Source: Candidatus Peregrinibacteria bacterium
GTDB taxonomy: Bacteria; Patescibacteriota; Gracilibacteria; Peribacterales; Peribacteraceae
Assembly: GCA_016196295.1 (NCBI GenBank)
Contig: JACPYA010000041.1
Location: forward strand, 1 to 50,737
Direction: 5' to 3'
DNA: 50,737 bases
Shown one piece after another: positions 47,532 through 50,737 of the stretch. Below the pieces are notes generated by a model. That model was not told where the DNA came from and did not search any database. It was given only the letters and a program-made list of their open reading frames with translations. Position 1 is the stretch's first letter, and each line of letters begins with the position of its first letter. The translations under genes and the position numbers were made by a program.

Positions 47532-48557
47532 TTAGACAGAGCATAGCGGCGACAGAGCCGCCTGTAACTGATCGCGCGCGCGACTGCGCGAGAAGCGCTG
47601 CGTGATGTCACATTTGGCGTTCCGTGACAGCGTGGAACGCTCTTGTGCGTTTCTCAGAAGTGTGGTGATCGCATCTGCCAAGGCATCACGATCGCCCGGA
47701 GGCACGAGCACGCCTGTTTTTTGGTGCGAGACGAGCGAGCGAAGGCCATCGCAGTCACTCGCGACGACCGTCGTCCCCGCGGCAAGAGCTTCCGTACACG
47801 CGAGGCCAAATCCTTCGAGATAGGAAGGACACACGGCGATACTCGCACGATGGAGAAGATTGTGGAATTCTTCTTCGGAAAGCCTCGAATGCTGTCCGGT
47901 GATGACGAGCTTCGCGGTCGGGATGTTTTTCTTCACATTCTCCCATGCCTGCAGGAGCACATCGACTCCTTTTCGCCGATCAACCCGGGCGGCACACACG
48001 CACAGGTCCGGATCGCGCTCCATGCCCCGTGTCTCCCACTCTGCAGGATCAAATGATTGAAGCAAAAACTGTGCAGAAGGAAGACCGTAATCATTCAGAA
48101 GGACTTGCATCGCATCATTCGAAAAACAGCACACTCGATCGGCCTTGTGATACGATGCTGTCTCGAGGGGAATGAAGATCCGCTTCCATGCCTCCCCGGG
48201 CACGAACGCAGCTTGCTGCAGGTACGTGTGGTAGCAGAGGTAGACGAGAGAGGATCTTTTTGGCTTTCCGAAGAGGAAAAGTCCGCCTGGTCCTCCGGGG
48301 ATGATGAGCAACGTAATGGAGTGGGCTGATGTCCATTGCGACAAGATCAAAGGAAGAAGCAGAGACATCAGAAGATGGCCTCCGATGTTTTTCGTGATGC
48401 GCAGCAGTCGATGGGTGCTGGGGCTGAGCACCGTGACCGTCGCTCCCATCGCGCGCAGATCCTCCTCGAGTATCAACATCGCCTTACCGAGACCACCCGT
48501 GAAAGGAGGACTGTCCCATGTCACGATGCCGATGCGCGCCTTAGAGAGCGAAGACAT
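47532..48557 (-). CDS. Glycosyltransferase family 4
   Basis: PP..GG, R...RKG, PS..EGFGL...EALAAG..VVAS. Confidence 0.9.
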   Translation of the reverse strand: MSSLSKARIGIVTWDSPPFTGGLGKAMLILEEDLRAMGATVTVLSPSTHRLLRITKNIGGHLLMSLLLPLILSQWTSAHSITLLIIPGGPGGLFLFGKPKRSSLVYLCYHTYLQQAAFVPGEAWKRIFIPLETASYHKADRVCCFSNDAMQVLLNDYGLPSAQFLLQSFDPAEWETRGMERDPDLCVCAARVDRRKGVDVLLQAWENVKKNIPTAKLVITGQHSRLSEEEFHNLLHRASIAVCPSYLEGFGLACTEALAAGTTVVASDCDGLRSLVSHQKTGVLVPPGDRDALADAITTLLRNAQERSTLSRNAKCDITQRFSRSRARDQLQAALSPLCSV

Positions 48558-49557
48558 GCCGATAGGAATGGAGGAGCCCCGGCCAGTGAAAGTGCTTCAT
48601 TGTCTCACGGGAAACGGACGCGCTGGGGAGAGGTCGCTTGAGCGCCTGGAGAATGACGCGTGCACAGTCGTCCGGATCTTCACTGCGAAAAAAATGACCG
48701 GTCTTCCCTTCGATGACCGCATCGGTGATGCCGTCGATGGATGCGGCGGCCACCGGCAGGCCGCGACTCCCTGCCTCGATGCAGGCGATGCCGAACCCTT
48801 CCGGATCGTCTGCGCGCTCGATGTTCGGCATGACGAAGAGATGAGCGCGGTTCAACCATCCGTCACGCGTCCTATCATCGCAATCTATGAGGAGTTGAAC
48901 GGATGTTTCAAGGTGAAGACTTCGAATGATCGATCGAATGCCTGTCTCACATGGGCCCGAACCGATGATGATGTACCGCAGGGTGGGGATTTCTTTCAGG
49001 AGGAGCGGAAACACATGACGGAGAAACCACGCGGCACCCTTGCGGGGGATCAACCGCGCGACCGTGAGGAGCGTAAGAGGAGACTGCGTTGTTCGCTGCG
49101 TCTGCGAAGTCTCCCACGTGCCGCAGGGAATGACGGAGATTTTTGCGTGTGGCACTCCCCTTCCCTCTACTTGATGTGCTGTCCAGCGACTGATCGAGAC
49201 GACATGATCCATGGCAGGCAAGCTCGACCGGAGCAGTCTCTGGTACCACTTCTTCGGATAGACGACATCGAGGCCGCAGGCCGTAACCGAGATGGGAATG
49301 CCCGTCATGCGTCCGAGCGCCGCGCCAAGCGGACAAAGCGCGGCATCTCCCAGGTGAATCCGAGAGACATATCTTCGGCTTCGGTAAGCGGAAAACAATG
49401 CGCGCAACGGGAAGCTTACGTCGGCGAAGAAGAGCGGTGCAACTCGCTTCACGCGTACACCCGGAAATTGCTGAAAACCCTTCCAGAGATCCGCATTCAG
49501 TCGCTGCATGCCTCCCGTCCCTCGCACTTTGCGCGTGATGTAGAGAAGCTCCGTCAC
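48541..49557 (-). CDS. Glycosyltransferase family 4
   Basis: GGM, ARLIPRKG, EGFGIACIEA...G.PV....DG..DAV. Confidence 0.9.
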   Translation of the reverse strand: MTELLYITRKVRGTGGMQRLNADLWKGFQQFPGVRVKRVAPLFFADVSFPLRALFSAYRSRRYVSRIHLGDAALCPLGAALGRMTGIPISVTACGLDVVYPKKWYQRLLRSSLPAMDHVVSISRWTAHQVEGRGVPHAKISVIPCGTWETSQTQRTTQSPLTLLTVARLIPRKGAAWFLRHVFPLLLKEIPTLRYIIIGSGPCETGIRSIIRSLHLETSVQLLIDCDDRTRDGWLNRAHLFVMPNIERADDPEGFGIACIEAGSRGLPVAAASIDGITDAVIEGKTGHFFRSEDPDDCARVILQALKRPLPSASVSRETMKHFHWPGLLHSYRHVFAL

Positions 49558-49616
49558 GGGGAGAGGATCCAGAACTTTCCGTGCAGATGCAAGGGTTTCG
49601 CACTATTCTACTGCCC

Positions 49617-50648
49617 ATGTTGATCCTCGGAATCGAAACATCGTGCGACGAGACGGCTGCCGCAGTCGTCGAAGACGGCGTGCATGTCAAAAGCTCCATC
49701 ATCGCAAGTTCCAAGAAATTTTTTGAGCGGAAGACGGGCGTGATCCCGGAGGAAGCCGCGCGCAAGCAAGTCGAGTGCATGATCCCCGTGCTCGAGGCGG
49801 CATTAAAAGATGCGACGATAGACCCTTCCGCTCTCGATGCGATCGCGGTGACGCGCGGGCCCGGACTCCTGGGGTCACTGCTCGTTGGCACAACAACCGC
49901 GCGGCTGCTTGCATCCACGTGGAAGAAGCCGCTCATTGGCGTCCACCATACACTCGGCCATTTGAGCTCCACGTGGTTGGAGGCACAAGATGCTCCCGCC
50001 TTTCCGATCCTCACGCTCTCGGCCTCCGGCGGGCATACCGATCTGTGGCTACGCACGTCGCACATGAGCGGCATGCTCCTCGGCGCGACGCGCGACGACG
50101 CGGCCGGCGAAGCGTTCGACAAGGGCGCCAGCCTGCTCGGGCTCCCCTACCCCGGCGGGCCTTCCATCGCAAAAGCTGCGGAATCCGGAAACCCGCATGC
50201 CTACACGTTTCCGATTCCTCTCGCGCAGGAGGACACACTCGACTTCAGTTACTCCGGGCTCAAAACCTCTCTGAAATATCTCCTCAGAGACCTGAAGGGT
50301 GAGGGTATCCTCGCGGACCTCGCGGCTTCGTACCAACACGCGATCTGCGCGCACCTCGCCGATCGCTTTGCCCGCGCCCTCGGCAAGCACCCGGAGGCGA
50401 AGGAACTGCATGTCGTGGGTGGAGTCTCCGCGAACACCGTGCTGCGAGAGATGCTCCGGACACTCCCCAGGCCATTTCGAGCACCGGTGAAACTCTCCTA
50501 CTGCACAGACAATGCCGCAATGATCGCCAGTGCGGGATACTTCCTGCAGAAAGAACACGGCAAGCGCGCCTTCGCTCCATTCACGACGGAAGCATCTCTC
50601 CCGCGCAGCGCCGTTCTGCAGCAAACTACGCGAGTGACGGGAGAATGA
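49617..50648 (+). CDS. tsaD: tRNA threonylcarbamoyladenosine synthesis protein
   Basis: ILGIETSCDET, GPGL.GSL, HH..GH, SGGHT, DDAAGEAFDK, FSYSGLKT, GGVSAN, CTDNAAMI. Confidence 0.97.
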   Translation: MLILGIETSCDETAAAVVEDGVHVKSSIIASSKKFFERKTGVIPEEAARKQVECMIPVLEAALKDATIDPSALDAIAVTRGPGLLGSLLVGTTTARLLASTWKKPLIGVHHTLGHLSSTWLEAQDAPAFPILTLSASGGHTDLWLRTSHMSGMLLGATRDDAAGEAFDKGASLLGLPYPGGPSIAKAAESGNPHAYTFPIPLAQEDTLDFSYSGLKTSLKYLLRDLKGEGILADLAASYQHAICAHLADRFARALGKHPEAKELHVVGGVSANTVLREMLRTLPRPFRAPVKLSYCTDNAAMIASAGYFLQKEHGKRAFAPFTTEASLPRSAVLQQTTRVTGE

Positions 50649-50737
50649 CACTCCCCGCGATCGCGAGGATCCCGAGGAAGGCCACGAGGCGGACGAGCGT
50701 GGATTTTTTTATACGGCTACGCGAAATGATGAAAAAC

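Overview
A roughly 58% GC chromosomal window. Gene content, SD-less pyrimidine-rich leaders and repeat types suggest a Patescibacteria/CPR organism, probably Peribacteria-like (inference); the genetic code is standard. The backbone is housekeeping: priA, purQ, pyrH, frr, pyk, rsmH, gnd, tal/fsa, tkt, riboflavin kinase, murE, rnhB, lgt, tsaD and glycosyltransferases. It also holds an ECF sigma/anti-sigma pair, three complete tRNAs (Arg-TCT, Ser-GCT, Ser-TGA), a partial tRNA at the left edge, and a 27-41 kb block of secreted surface or fibre-like proteins. Overlaid on this is a dense layer of small, apparently mobile sequences. (1) Four four-helix-bundle (23S rRNA IVS protein/Avd-like) genes are each bracketed by their own inverted 7-8-mer tandem arrays. 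The same architecture occurs as an internally deleted copy, empty copies and half copies, some translated in frame inside tkt and priA. (2) Small GIY-YIG nuclease genes lie downstream of all three complete tRNAs, with dead tRNA fragments interrupted by palindromes. (3) Several short palindromic (REP-like) families insert into tRNA copies, into each other and in frame into enzymes. (4) A ~190-bp composite element occurs twice. Also seen: two IS481-like HTH proteins lacking a transposase core that head paralogous fibre-protein operons, and an unannotated 21-aa Lys/Arg-rich peptide gene.
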